DNA of 64,000 nt from a virus (IMGVR_UViG_3300028888_000053:96001-160000); one strand, 5' to 3'; shown: positions 33,554 through 44,712, numbered from the stretch's first letter. Notes: a model not told the origin generated them from the sequence alone. A program made the numbers and translations.

Positions 33554-35311
33554 TCAAATTGTTAATGCTAAGTTGTAACCACGTACAGTTTTATTTGCTA
33601 TTTTTTTAACAACTTGTTCAACCTTATACTCATGACATTCTTCTATTAAGGCTGCTTTTGGTTTTAATATCTGTATATTATGTCGTCTAAATGCATTAGC
33701 AAAAATTGTTTTTAAAGTAGAAGTTGCAACAAAACCTTCTTTGAAGATTTCTCTAAAGATAGTTGGTAATAGTCTTTTTTCATTTAATAACTATAACAAT
33801 TTATCTTTATTGTAATCTAAGGTTTCCATTTCTCCTGTAGTTACGTATTTACAAAGATCTTCGAACTCTGGATAATCTTCTAAAAATGATTCATCTTTAG
33901 TTCTTATGTATTCTTTAAGTAAAGTACTATAACTAACGCTTCTTGCTCTTTTTAAAGCGACTTCAAAGCTATCCCAATAGTGTTGCTTTAGTACATTAAA
34001 TTTAGAAGATCTCTTATAAGCATCTGTTATATGTAATCCATTCATATATGATTCACGTAACTTTTGTTTGTAAATTAAATATTGCTTTTTAAGCTCATTG
34101 TATTTAATTCCATCTTCTTCCATAGAAACAATGTCTGCTTCTAAGTCAAGACGCTTAGCAAGTAAAGCTAATTGCTTTTTTGTCATTTTAGCAGACATAT
34201 CAATTAATGTGTGAGCATCATCTTCTTTCTCTGCCATTTGTTCTTCAAACTCTTCTTTAGAAGGTAATATGGCATTGGTAGAGTATAAATGAATAAGTCT
34301 ATCTCTAAAGATATTTTGATGCTTTTCATTAAAGCGAATTCTACCTGCGATTTGTTCCATTGTGGTTGATACATCTACTAAAGTATATGTTTTCTTTGCA
34401 TCTGACACTACTATCATTAATCCGTTGTCAGTAAATAGATTACAACCTTGGAAACACTTTTTAGTAAAGAAATTCAATGTCTTATTTGGAGCTGAAACAG
34501 ATTCTATTTCATATCCATTTAATAAGTATCGATTATAAGATTTATCTGCACAACAAATTTTTACTAAGTCTGGATCTAATTTTAATGTATCACAGACTTG
34601 ACGAATACTCTTAACAGAATTAAAGAAAATATATAATTCTCTTACGTTGTGCTGTTTTCCATCTACTCCTTGTAAAGATAAACCATGTTCTAAAAATTGT
34701 TCAATTATCTTTGCTAAAGTACCAGTGACATTCGGAACTTTATAACGCATTGGTGTTAATTTAATGGTATTATCCCATTTTATTCTATAGTGTGGTAATT
34801 TATTTAGAAATTCTATTTCTAAAGTATCATCAATAGGAGTTGCAGATAAAAAAGTATAATGATTGTAACGTGATACAGTATTCATTAAACTTTCAATGGC
34901 TGATTGACGAAAATCCATATCTTCTAAAATAAGATGGTATTCGTCTATTAGTACTTTATATTCTAATATTTCAGAACCAAGCCATTTAGTAAGTTTTTCG
35001 AAACTATCATAAGTAACTGCAATTTTACGCATGCCAGGATTCATTTCTAGATAGTAATTCAATTCGAATTTTTTAAAGCCTTTATAACCTTTAAAAACTT
35101 CATACTTATTATTCTTATCTTCCGCAATACTATCTATTAAATCAACAAACGGACATACTATAATGTATTTACAATCACAATTGGCAGCTAAATAAGTTGC
35201 ACCAACATCGGTTTTGACTTTATTTAATACTCCATGAGGAAGTCCATGTTCAAAACCATGAATTTCGCTAACATAACGAGCACCTTTCGAATCAATTTCT
35301 CTATATTCCAT
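33554..35311 (-). CDS. SF2 helicase-like / origin-binding replication protein (585 aa with one in-frame TAG)
   Basis: Degenerate Walker A KVKTDVGAT, VLIDEYH, FLSATP, FQGCNL, EQIAGRIR; frame stays open 78 codons past the TAG at 33791 to TGA at 33554. Confidence 0.7.
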
Positions 35312-35345
35312 ATTACATTAAAATTAAATTATTAATACTAGTGCA

Positions 35346-35374
35346 ATTATAATATAGAGATATATAGAAATCAA
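35346..35374 (-). promoter_or_regulatory. promoter TTGATT-N17-TATAAT of the helicase-like gene
   Basis: Exact match to the recurring motif. Confidence 0.6.
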
Positions 35375-35398
35375 ATAAATTAAAGAAATAGTAAAAAA

Positions 35399-35782
35399 GT
35401 TACATTTTTTTGTTCGTATAGTGAAAAATTTCCGTAAAAATGTAACCTTGGCTTTTAATTCATTTATTTTAAATTAGTTATAACACAGACCTAATTTTGC
35501 TGAAAAAAGGTTACATTTTTTTGTTCGTATAGTGAAAAGTTTCCGTAAAAATGTAACCTATATTTCAATGATTGATTTTATAAATATTAAACTTTATATC
35601 TTATTTATTTAATAATAAAAAAGGTAACATTTTTTTGTTCGTATAGTGAAAAATTTCCGTAAAAATGTTACACATACTATTAATTACTTGGTTTTTAGGT
35701 ATTTATACTAAGAATGTAATTTTGCTGAAAAAGGTTACATTTTTTTAACCGTATAAGTAAATTTATCCGTAAAAATGTAACC
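35399..35782. repeat. four ~49-bp palindrome-bounded repeats at ~111-bp spacing; candidate replication origin
   Basis: GTTACATTTTTTTGTTCGTATAGTGAAAAATTTCCGTAAAAATGTAAC at about 35399, 35510, 35624 and 35734, with AT-rich spacers. Confidence 0.85.
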
Positions 35783-35794
35783 ATCAATATATAT

Positions 35795-35868
35795 CGCGGA
35801 GTGGAGCAGTGGTAGCTCGCTTGTCTCATAAGCAAGAGGTCGTGGGTTCGAGTCCCACCCTTCCGCAA
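35795..35868 (+). tRNA. tRNA-Met(CAT), initiator-like
   Basis: CGCGGAG start with C1-A72 mismatch; anticodon loop CT-CAT-AA; GGTTCGAGTCC. Confidence 0.85.
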
Positions 35869-35872
35869 CTAT

Positions 35873-36016
35873 AGAGGAGTAGCTCAACTGATAGAGCGTA
35901 GCATTTTAAATTATACAAATAGTGTCGAAGCCAGACATCAGTACTATTGTAACAAAATATCATGTAGATGTGATAAGTTAATGCTAAGGTTATAGGTTTG
36001 AATCCTATCTCTTCAA
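35873..36016 (+). pseudogene. degenerate tRNA-Lys(TTT) with a 71-nt insertion (35907-35977) after position 34
   Basis: Exons rebuild TAGCA-TT-T|TT-AA-TGCTA; T loop TTTGAAT and D loop are degenerate; insert starts TAAA and ends GTGATAAG. Confidence 0.65.
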
Positions 36017-36020
36017 CTAT

Positions 36021-36093
36021 AGAGTAGTAGTTCAGTTGGTAGAATGCTTGGTTTGGGACCAAGTGGTCGCCCGTTCGAGTCGGGTCTACTCTA
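36021..36093 (+). tRNA. tRNA-Pro(TGG)
   Basis: CTTGG-TT-TGG-GA-CCAAG anticodon arm; AGAGTAG/CTACTCT acceptor. Confidence 0.9.
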
Positions 36094-36217
36094 CGTGTCC
36101 TATTGTTTTTTTTGTTTATTTATTATTTACTATGTTGTTAAACTTGCCTTCTACAGTCTGAGAGAGATAGTAGAAGGTTTCTTTAGAAACTATTTATTAA
36201 CCCAAAATACAAACAAA

Positions 36218-36903
36218 ATGGAAAAGTTAAAGAGCAAGCCCATACTCGTAGCAATACGTAAGGGTACCTGCGTCTTTGAAGGCGCAGAAGGCGAAACTTA
36301 TTTCGCAACATCACGTGTAGCTAATGACATCGTTAACGGAGTAAAAGACATCTTCGTTAATCGTAATGTCGAAGTAAATGGTCACTCTATAGGTGACTGG
36401 TTAGCAACTCCTTCACGGTTCTAATCATGGATAAGGTATCATCCTCACTGATTCTCGCGTTCTTTGTATTGTGTACACTACTCCAAGTGTATGCAATCAA
36501 AGACAACGAGAGTTGGTTCCTTCGCGCTTGGATAGGCGTAGAAGTAATATGCGAAATAATTATGGCCATCCTAATCATTATAGCATGAGCTGGAAATTTG
36601 TAGTATTTGGTATCATAGCTATACTTTGGGCTATTTACCGAGAAGATCATACATCCGATGAAGAGCGTAGAAATATCTGGCGTTAAATGCGTATATTATA
36701 TTAATAAGGTAAGCGACTTATCTTATGATATTAATATATGTGTTTCTCATAAACCGGAAGAACGTGTGGAATTTCACACCGAAGCACCACATCATATGAG
36801 AGAATTTAAAGGGAAGACCATGATTTACATCACTAAGGTGATTAAACAATGGGAAATTGATTCCTGGGTAAGAAAACAAGTGTTGAAAAAGTTTAAAAAT
36901 TGA
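36218..36903 (+). CDS. small hypothetical proteins (36218-36424, 36658-36903)
   Basis: ATG starts preceded by A-rich leaders. Confidence 0.55.
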
Positions 36904-37536
36904 TAAATTAGGTTGAAAAATTAATAAATTAGGTTTTTAATTTTGCTTGAAGAAGGGAAAGAGGGAAGTGGTCAAACATCCCTCAATCCCTTTATTCATG
37001 CGGGTTTCAAGCATTTCTCCTCACCTTGTGTGACCGCCGCGCCCGCCGCGTTTTTTTTAACCTCCTATTTTTTCAAAATTTGACTTTTTAATATCTCGCC
37101 TAGAACCTATACTTCTGGCTGAAACTCATCATTAATTTTCCCTCGTTTTCTCTATTATCTTATCAGATATCTTCGAATTTCACCCTTCAACTACATTGAA
37201 CTTCCAATCCATTTGAAACCGAAAATTTTCGAAAATTTTTGAATTTTTTGACATGTTTTTTGAACAAATCATTAAGTATATCATTAAATTTTAAGAATTA
37301 TCTCGAATAATTTGGTTTATAATACTATTAGGATTATAATTATGAATTTTTTTGAAATTTTGCAAAACCACGTTGAATATATAGGTGAACACGTTTTTGT
37401 ACCTATTTTAGTGATATTAGCAATTATAGTAGGATTTCTATTGTCTTTAGCTTTAGCGTGGTTTCTTTTATTTCGTGTATACTGTATATTTAGCGGTGTT
37501 TGGAATTGGTTAAAAGATCAATAACATTTTAACATT

Positions 37537-38661
37537 ATGTTTAAAAAGATAACTAACAAGAAGGCTTTTCTCTGGTCTCCGACATTAGAAATGAATGAAG
37601 ATCAGATTAAAAGTTCGAAAGTAGACGATATAATCATTGCTGGTAATCATTTCAAGATGTACCACGATGACTGGAAGCATCACATACACATTAAATGTAC
37701 AGACAGATGTGACAGTAATTGTTCTTTTTGTATTGAGAAGAGTGAGAGGGATAATCCTCAAAACGTTAAGAATCTTTTAGAATCTTCTAAATTTATTCTC
37801 AAGACTTTGAATAATCAAGGCATGTTACGTACTGTTTCGATTACTGGTGGTGAGCCTATGATTTTTCCAAAGATTAACGAATTGATTGACATTATCAAGT
37901 CTTATAACATAATGTTATTGAGCATTAATACTAATGGTTATAACATTAACAAGTTACAGGATTTTGATGGTTGGATAAACATTTCCAAACATGCTATAGA
38001 TGATCGTGATGTCTTTAAGCGTGATTTTGTGATTACTCCTAAATACTTAATGCGGTTTAGGAAGACTCATCCTCATATAAAGATTAGGCTTCAATGCGTA
38101 TTAGGTACGAGTAATATATCCACCATCAATGATGTTTTCAAATTCATTGATTATTTTAAAGGTTATGTAGATGATTTTTCTTTTAGAAATTTGATCATAG
38201 ATGGTAAGGAGTCTTGTATTAACGATACGCTTTTAAGCTTGCGATATATATTATTTACATATCATGAGTTTGTTGAGCAAGTTATTCAGGACTATTATGT
38301 ATATGAAACATATATATATAATGGTATTCCTATTACCATTTCCTGGTCAAACATGAAAGAATTAATGAATTACAATGAGTCTCACAACAGTAATTTTCTT
38401 GAAGAGATTATAGTTCATCCTGATGGTATCATTTCTGGTTCTTGGAACAAGAAGTCATTAGTGATATACACTCCTAGTGATACTAAAGGCAATGAATATA
38501 TACCATGTTTAGGCAAGAATTGTGCTCAGAAGGAAAGCTGTCGTAGATATTGTGGTAATCAAGCGAAAAAGATTACTACAAAGCGTAAAAAACCAGTAGT
38601 AATACCGGCTGATTCTTGTCATTCAGCTGATAAACATTGGGGTGGTTCATCATGTTGGTAA
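37537..38661 (+). CDS. radical SAM enzyme with Cys-rich C-terminal tail
   Basis: CDSNCSFC (CxxxCxxC), ITGGEP, INTNG. Confidence 0.9.
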   Translation: MFKKITNKKAFLWSPTLEMNEDQIKSSKVDDIIIAGNHFKMYHDDWKHHIHIKCTDRCDSNCSFCIEKSERDNPQNVKNLLESSKFILKTLNNQGMLRTVSITGGEPMIFPKINELIDIIKSYNIMLLSINTNGYNINKLQDFDGWINISKHAIDDRDVFKRDFVITPKYLMRFRKTHPHIKIRLQCVLGTSNISTINDVFKFIDYFKGYVDDFSFRNLIIDGKESCINDTLLSLRYILFTYHEFVEQVIQDYYVYETYIYNGIPITISWSNMKELMNYNESHNSNFLEEIIVHPDGIISGSWNKKSLVIYTPSDTKGNEYIPCLGKNCAQKESCRRYCGNQAKKITTKRKKPVVIPADSCHSADKHWGGSSCW

Positions 38662-38718
38662 TGATTATTTAACTTCTACTATTGATTCCTGTAATTTTTA
38701 AATTGATTTTTAAAAAAA

Positions 38719-39965
38719 ATGAAGAAGTTACTATTTTTCCTCTGTTTAGTATTTACCAGTTGTACTTCTTTTAAGGATATAACAATAGATTCTTGTGAAT
38801 ATCGTTATCGGTATGAAGAGAATTCACATCACAGTGAAGTCTATTTACTTCACAAGAAGAGTTGTAAGTATTGTGCTCAGAAGCGTCAGAAAGCATTACA
38901 AACATTAAAAAAGCAGTTATGATACTTAACATATTTCTCATTACGATCCTAGTTATAATTTACTTATTTTTTGTAAGTTACATTGTAACTGGTTTGTTCA
39001 CTGGTAATGACTCGTGTCTTGACATTGCGGGTTATTTGATTTGCGGTTTATTATTTGGTATCATTTTAGGTCCTATGGCTTTAGCTATAGACATAAGGGA
39101 TAAGTTATGGCAAGTTTAAAGGATGTATTATATCAAATGGCGCTTTTCAGTCTAATGTCTAATGACGTTTCTAATCGAAGAGAAGAAGTTGAGCGTCAAA
39201 ACGAACGACTGAAAGCATGGAAAAAAGCTCAGAATTTACGGATTCAAAAGCTTAACAAAGATCATAGACCGAAACAAGTATTTTCCATACATGGCATTAA
39301 AATTGAGGCGAAGAGTCGTAAGGATGCCATAAAGATTTACATGTTTCAGTTGAAACAATAATAGTGATAATGTTAATTAGCTCTTTTGGGGGCTAATGCC
39401 CCCGTTGTCTTTTAAATCATAAAAGATAATTTTAAAGTTTTTGGGAAGGTTCGTTGTGATAACGAGCCTTCTTTTTTTTACTATTATGGAGAAATATTTT
39501 ATTATTCGTGCAAACGAATGGTGTCTATATTGGATTAAAGGCACAATAAAAGATTTGGAGTTATTTTTAAAGTCTTTAAATATTAATATTAAGACTTATA
39601 AAAGTATTAACTATCATGATATGCATTTGATTTATAATCAAAAGATTATCACTGAGGTTACTGCTTTGGGTTATAATTCCGATTTGTATGAAGAGTTGAA
39701 AAAAGAAATCTCAACAAGATTGATTAATATAAATAGGGAGGCTTATAGCTGGCATAAAGACAAGTTAGAAGATACTTTGCATGCTGTTTGCGATCATGTT
39801 CCTGTTAAGTCTAATAGAATTGATATTTTAGTTAGTGATGGTAAGGAATATGAATTACCTCCTAATCATTTTTGTGGTAGAAGAACATTCATAAAATTCT
39901 CTGACGTTGATTTAGCTGAGTTTAAAAGACGTGTTAGAGATGTTGGTTATATAGAATTATGTTAA
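38719..39965 (+). CDS. cluster of small hypothetical proteins, including a lipoprotein-like ORF (38719-38922) and a membrane protein
   Basis: Track ORFs 38719-38922 (FTSC lipobox-like), 38871-39119, 39107-39361, 39441-39965. Confidence 0.6.
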
Positions 39966-41250
39966 AAGTTGGTGATAAAGTCAAAATCAAGGATCGTGAA
40001 TCACTTATAGAATTACGAAATTCTGGTTTTCCGATACCTATCTCTATGTTAAGACATAGCGGTAAAACGTATACTATTACAGAACGTGGTAAACAAAGAC
40101 AGACACGATTTGGAGATGGTTATTGCTATGTTTTAGACACTCCATTAAGATGGTTTTGGAGTAATGTATGTTTTGAAGATCCACAAGAATCATTAATAAT
40201 AAATTTTGTATGAAAGTAGGAGATAAAGTCAGGATTAAGGATCTAGAAGCCTTATATAATGGTAATATTGCCATTCCTTTCGGTATTAATCCTGAAATGT
40301 TTCAATATTCTGGTCAGATTGCAACCATTACAAATATTGCTGAGAACACATATCATCCAGAAGATTTTTCATCAGAATTACAATCTGATGGTTGTTTCTA
40401 TTATTTAAGTTTTGGTAGAAATTGGTCTTGGTCAAATCCAATGTTTGAATTAGTTGATTCGGATGAAGATTCTATCAAGGAAACTAAACCGAAACAAATA
40501 ACTATTAATTTTGTATGATGGACATTGGTGATAAAGTAAAAGTTAAGGACTTACATGAAGTATATCATGGTTTTAATTTATCTGATTGGTTTTCGTCTTT
40601 ATCAGGTACCATCGGAGAAATTGAAGAAGAATATATTTTTGGTGAAGACAAAGTTTATAAGCTTAGTGGTTTAAATTGTTATTTTCCAGAAAGAGCATTA
40701 GAACCAATAGAAGCTAAACAATCATTAATATCATTTGTATGAGAAAATTTAATATTGGTGATAAAGTAAGGATTAAAGATCTATGTGAAGTATATCGTGA
40801 TTATGTTTTTCCTGAGCAACTGTTACCATGTTCTGGTATGTGTGGAGAAATTTCAAACATTGTTACTTCTTATGGAATAAGTCTTTATAAACTTGAAGGA
40901 ATTGATTATTATTGGCAGGAATACGCCTTAGAACTTGCTGATCCTCCAGAAAAAGTTGATCCTTCATTAATATCGTTTGTATGAATCAATTTAAAGAAGG
41001 TGATTTAGTTCACATTAAGAACCTACCATTTCTTCCAAGAGACACTGTTGTAGCTGTTTCACCCACTCTGTATTCATTATTTGATAAAACTGGTATAATT
41101 GAAGATTGTATCCAGAATGCTTATGATTCTTCTCGTTTTCCGGATGCAGATGGTTGCGCGTATTTAGTTAATGGTTTTTACTTTAATAATATGGCCTTAG
41201 AAAAGGTAGAAAAGGATTCAAATGAATTATTAACCATAAATTTTAAGTAG
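39959..41250 (+). CDS. five tandem paralogous KOW/SH3-like small proteins
   Basis: N-terminal (K/I)(V/I/E)GDKV(K/R)IKDL and C-terminal (L/I)xI(N/S)F(V/K); GTATGA stop-start overlaps. Confidence 0.8.
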
Positions 41251-41251
41251 T

Positions 41252-42014
41252 ATGCTAGTAACAATTGACATTCCTGAAGGTTACGAAATTGACCTCAAGA
41301 AGAGTACAGTAACAAATATTTTACTCAAGAAGAAAGAAGAAAAAACATCATGGAGATATGATCCATATAGTATATTTGATGGATATTATATAGATACACA
41401 GTCAAATATATTAAGAACATCAGCATGTGGAAACGATCATTCAAATCATAATGTGTTTGCCACTAGGGATCAAGCCATATCTGCACTTGCTATGGCTCGT
41501 ATTAGTCAAATAATTGCTAACGACAATAGATTTGGTGGTCCTATCACTGATGAAGAATGGGCAAATGATCTAATTAATAAATTCGTTATAATTAGAAGTC
41601 TTTATGGTAATATAATGACTGAACAATCATTTACCCGTTATCATTTTCTTGCTTTTCACACTAAAGAACAACGTGATCTTTTCCTAAAAGAAAACGAAGA
41701 TCTTATCAAAGATTATTTTATGATTACTAATGATGAGTAAACTAACACAACTTGGTTGGAAATTCGTTACCAATTGGAACAATAGAAACATCTACAAGTT
41801 AGGTAATCAAAGAGTTTTCGAACATAATGGTAGAATAGGCATCGTTCAAGGTTATGATCTCATTTACTGTGATTTGACTGATGAAGATTTGGAAGAGTTT
41901 ACTGATTTAGCTAAAAAGGAAGTTGAGATTAAGCAAAATCCAGATAAGTATACTGTTCAGGAATATTTCAGCATTAATAAACAGATTAAGAATTTCATTC
42001 ATAAAATGAAGTAA
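41252..42014 (+). CDS. two hypothetical proteins (41252-41740, 41730-42014)
   Basis: Track ORFs; IPEGYEID...FLAFHTKEQRDLFLKEN motif. Confidence 0.7.
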
Positions 42015-42015
42015 T

Positions 42016-42879
42016 ATGAAAACAATTAAGTTATTAGATATTAATGGTAATATCCTCTTTGAACACATAGAAGAGAACAATACTATTAAACGTACTGTTG
42101 AGGCTGCTATTAAGGCTGGCGCATCTCTTAAAAGAATTAATTTGCGTGGAGCTGATCTAACAAATATAACATTAGAGAATGTAGACTTAACACAGGCGAA
42201 CTTCACAGGGGCAAGTCTCTCATGGGCTACTATATCACATGTAAAGTGTACAGCTGCATTATTCACTAATGCTAAGTTGGTATCATCAATAATTTCACAT
42301 TCATATTTTACTGGTGCTTGTTTTAATGGTGCAGAACTTATAAAGGTACAGTATAAATATACAAGTTTAAGACATGCCCGTTTTACTACAGCTAAATTAA
42401 ATAGTACTATATTTAAACTTTGTGATTGTGACCATAGTACTTTTGACAATGTAGATCTTCGTCATACTGGCTTCTTTAGGACAGATTTAGATGAAGTTGA
42501 TTTTTCTAAAGCAAAATATGAGCCATATATTCCTATGGCTTGTCCATCATATGGAGCTTTTATTGGATGGAAGAATATTCATGATCATAAGTTAGAACGT
42601 AGTTATCTTGTTCAGTTGTTAATTCCAGAAGATGCCAAGCGTTGTTCTGCTGCTAGCAATAAGTGCCGTTGTGATAAAGCTAAGGTCTTGTCTATTGAGA
42701 GTTTGCAAACTCACGAGTTAATAAATTCTGTGACTAATAGGAATCAACCACATGTACTTACTTATAAAGTAGGCGAAATGGTATATCCTGACAGCTTTGA
42801 TGACAATCGTTGGAACGAATGCTCTCACGGCATTCATTTCTTCATAAACAAACAAGAAGCGATTAACTATAACATTTAA
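42016..42879 (+). CDS. pentapeptide-repeat protein with DUF5758-like C-terminal domain
   Basis: A(D/N)L/F repeats; CPSYGAFIGWK...KCRCDKAKV...[16 protein letters not shown]. Confidence 0.85.
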   Translation: MKTIKLLDINGNILFEHIEENNTIKRTVEAAIKAGASLKRINLRGADLTNITLENVDLTQANFTGASLSWATISHVKCTAALFTNAKLVSSIISHSYFTGACFNGAELIKVQYKYTSLRHARFTTAKLNSTIFKLCDCDHSTFDNVDLRHTGFFRTDLDEVDFSKAKYEPYIPMACPSYGAFIGWKNIHDHKLERSYLVQLLIPEDAKRCSAASNKCRCDKAKVLSIESLQTHELINSVTNRNQPHVLTYKVGEMVYPDSFDDNRWNECSHGIHFFINKQEAINYNI

Positions 42880-42884
42880 TTATT

Positions 42885-43964
42885 ATGTATGATTATATTA
42901 TTGTAGGCTCAGGTTTAATGGGTTCTGTCTTAGCTTATCGTGCTAAACAGCAAGGAAAAAGATGTTTAGTTTTGGAAAAACGAACCCATGTTGGTGGTAA
43001 TGTATATCTTGAGAATATACAAGGTATCAATATTCACAAGTATGGGCCTCATATTTTTCATACTAATAATAAAGAAGTGTGGGAATTCGTATCGCGGTTT
43101 ATTACTTTGAATCGTTTTACGAATTCCCCTTTGGCATATTATAAGGGTAGGTTGTATAACTTACCCTTTAACATGAATACTTTTCATCAATTATGGGGCG
43201 TTACAACTCCCAATGAAGCAAAAACCATTATTAGCGAACAGTCTTATGTTAAGGAGATTCAGAACCTTGAAGATCAAGCAATAAGTTTGGTCGGAAAGGA
43301 CATTTATAATATTCTTATCAAAGGTTATACTGAAAAACAATGGGGAAGATCTTGTAAAGAATTACCTCCTTTTATCATTAAAAGATTACCATTAAGATTT
43401 ACTTATGATAATAATTATTTCAATGATTTGTATCAAGGAGTAGGAGATTATAACGAGCTAATTACTCAATTACTAGCTGGTATAGAAGTTATCACTGGTA
43501 TTGATTATCTAGAAGATCGTAATCAGTTTCAATCTGGAAAAGTTATATATACTGGCCCTATTGATGCTTATTTTGATTATAAGTTAGGTAGGTTAGAATA
43601 CAGAACTGTAAAGTTTGAAACTAAAGTTTTACCAACTCCTAATTTTCAAGGGAACGCCGTCATTAATTATACAGATGAAGAGATTCCTTTTACTCGAATC
43701 ATTGAGCATAAACATTTTGAATCTTTTGGTGATTCTGTTTACGATAATCCAAATACTGTTATTAGTAAAGAGTTTAGTTGTGAATGGAGACCAGGTTTAG
43801 AACCTTATTATCCTATTAACAATGAAAGGAACAACACTTTATTTGAAGCTTACAATCAATTAGCAAAAAGCGAAAAGAACGTTATTTTTGCTGGTAGATT
43901 AGCCGAGTATAAGTATTATAATATGGACCAAATAATCGAAAAAGCACTATGTATAACATTATGA
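42885..43964 (+). CDS. glf: UDP-galactopyranose mutase
   Basis: IIVGSGLMG FAD motif, HKYGPHIFHT, GYTEKQWG, RFTYDNNYF, EPYYP, GRLAEYKYYNMD. Confidence 0.97.
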   Translation: MYDYIIVGSGLMGSVLAYRAKQQGKRCLVLEKRTHVGGNVYLENIQGINIHKYGPHIFHTNNKEVWEFVSRFITLNRFTNSPLAYYKGRLYNLPFNMNTFHQLWGVTTPNEAKTIISEQSYVKEIQNLEDQAISLVGKDIYNILIKGYTEKQWGRSCKELPPFIIKRLPLRFTYDNNYFNDLYQGVGDYNELITQLLAGIEVITGIDYLEDRNQFQSGKVIYTGPIDAYFDYKLGRLEYRTVKFETKVLPTPNFQGNAVINYTDEEIPFTRIIEHKHFESFGDSVYDNPNTVISKEFSCEWRPGLEPYYPINNERNNTLFEAYNQLAKSEKNVIFAGRLAEYKYYNMDQIIEKALCITL

Positions 43965-44288
43965 CGAGTATACTATTAACAGTATATGTTATTTGTTTGA
44001 TAGTATTGATTTGCTGTATGAATAATACAGTATATTGCTTTATTTTTCAATACAAAGAATGGAAAATATGGAAAAAGATGATTGCAATGGCTGATGAATT
44101 TGAATTGGAATTTAATGTTAATAACAATTATCATTTTGTTGAGCCAAGCAAAACATTCATTGTATCAGTGTGGGATGGCGAACGAGCATCTATTCATCTG
44201 TTGAGTAATAGCAATTGTATTTGTAGTACATTTGATACTTATCATTCAAAAAAGTTAGCAAAACTCCTAATGAATAAAATAGCTTAAT

Positions 44289-44576
44289 ATGGAACCAATA
44301 TTTCAAAAAGGTGAAAAGGTTCGTGTTGTTGATTTAAGACAACTTGATGAAAACGAAGTTCCATTTGGACTCAATAAAGATATGCTATCATATATTGGGC
44401 AAATTGTCACTATCAAATCATTTGAAGATGCTTATAGCCCAAAACGCTCTCGCAAATATAAGTGTGATGGATATAGATATATATTATCTGGAATTCCTTG
44501 GGCTTGGTCTAATCCTATGTTAGAAAAGATAGAAGGAGAAACAGAACCTCACGAACGTATTATTGAATTCGTATGA
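44289..44576 (+). CDS. sixth KOW/SH3-like paralog
   Basis: FQKGEKVRVVDL...PFGLN...DGYRY...WAWSNPMLE...IIEFV; closest to 40210-40518. Confidence 0.75.
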   Translation: MEPIFQKGEKVRVVDLRQLDENEVPFGLNKDMLSYIGQIVTIKSFEDAYSPKRSRKYKCDGYRYILSGIPWAWSNPMLEKIEGETEPHERIIEFV

Positions 44577-44712
44577 ACAATATTGTATTTAAAGGTGATC
44601 CTATTATTGTAAATGACCAAAAATATTGGTTTAATTATACAGAATGGGAGAAGCTTCACAAATGGAGAAAGAAAAGGGAGAATAATTTTTCACGTTTTTA
44701 ATATAAAAAATT

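Noticed and set aside
35399-35782. CRISPR array
   Set aside because: Spacers are about 60 bp, very AT-rich and partly shared (TAATTTTGCTGAAAAA twice). No cas genes are present, and the position beside a replication gene fits origin repeats.
36044-36217. N-terminal part of track ORF 36044-36424
   Set aside because: Overlaps tRNA-Pro and a hairpin; the likely start is ATG 36218.
41907-42449. 180-aa antisense ORF, and similar shadows at 3411, 4012, 9773, 16617, 28690, 48918 and 51385
   Set aside because: Antisense shadows of well-supported genes.
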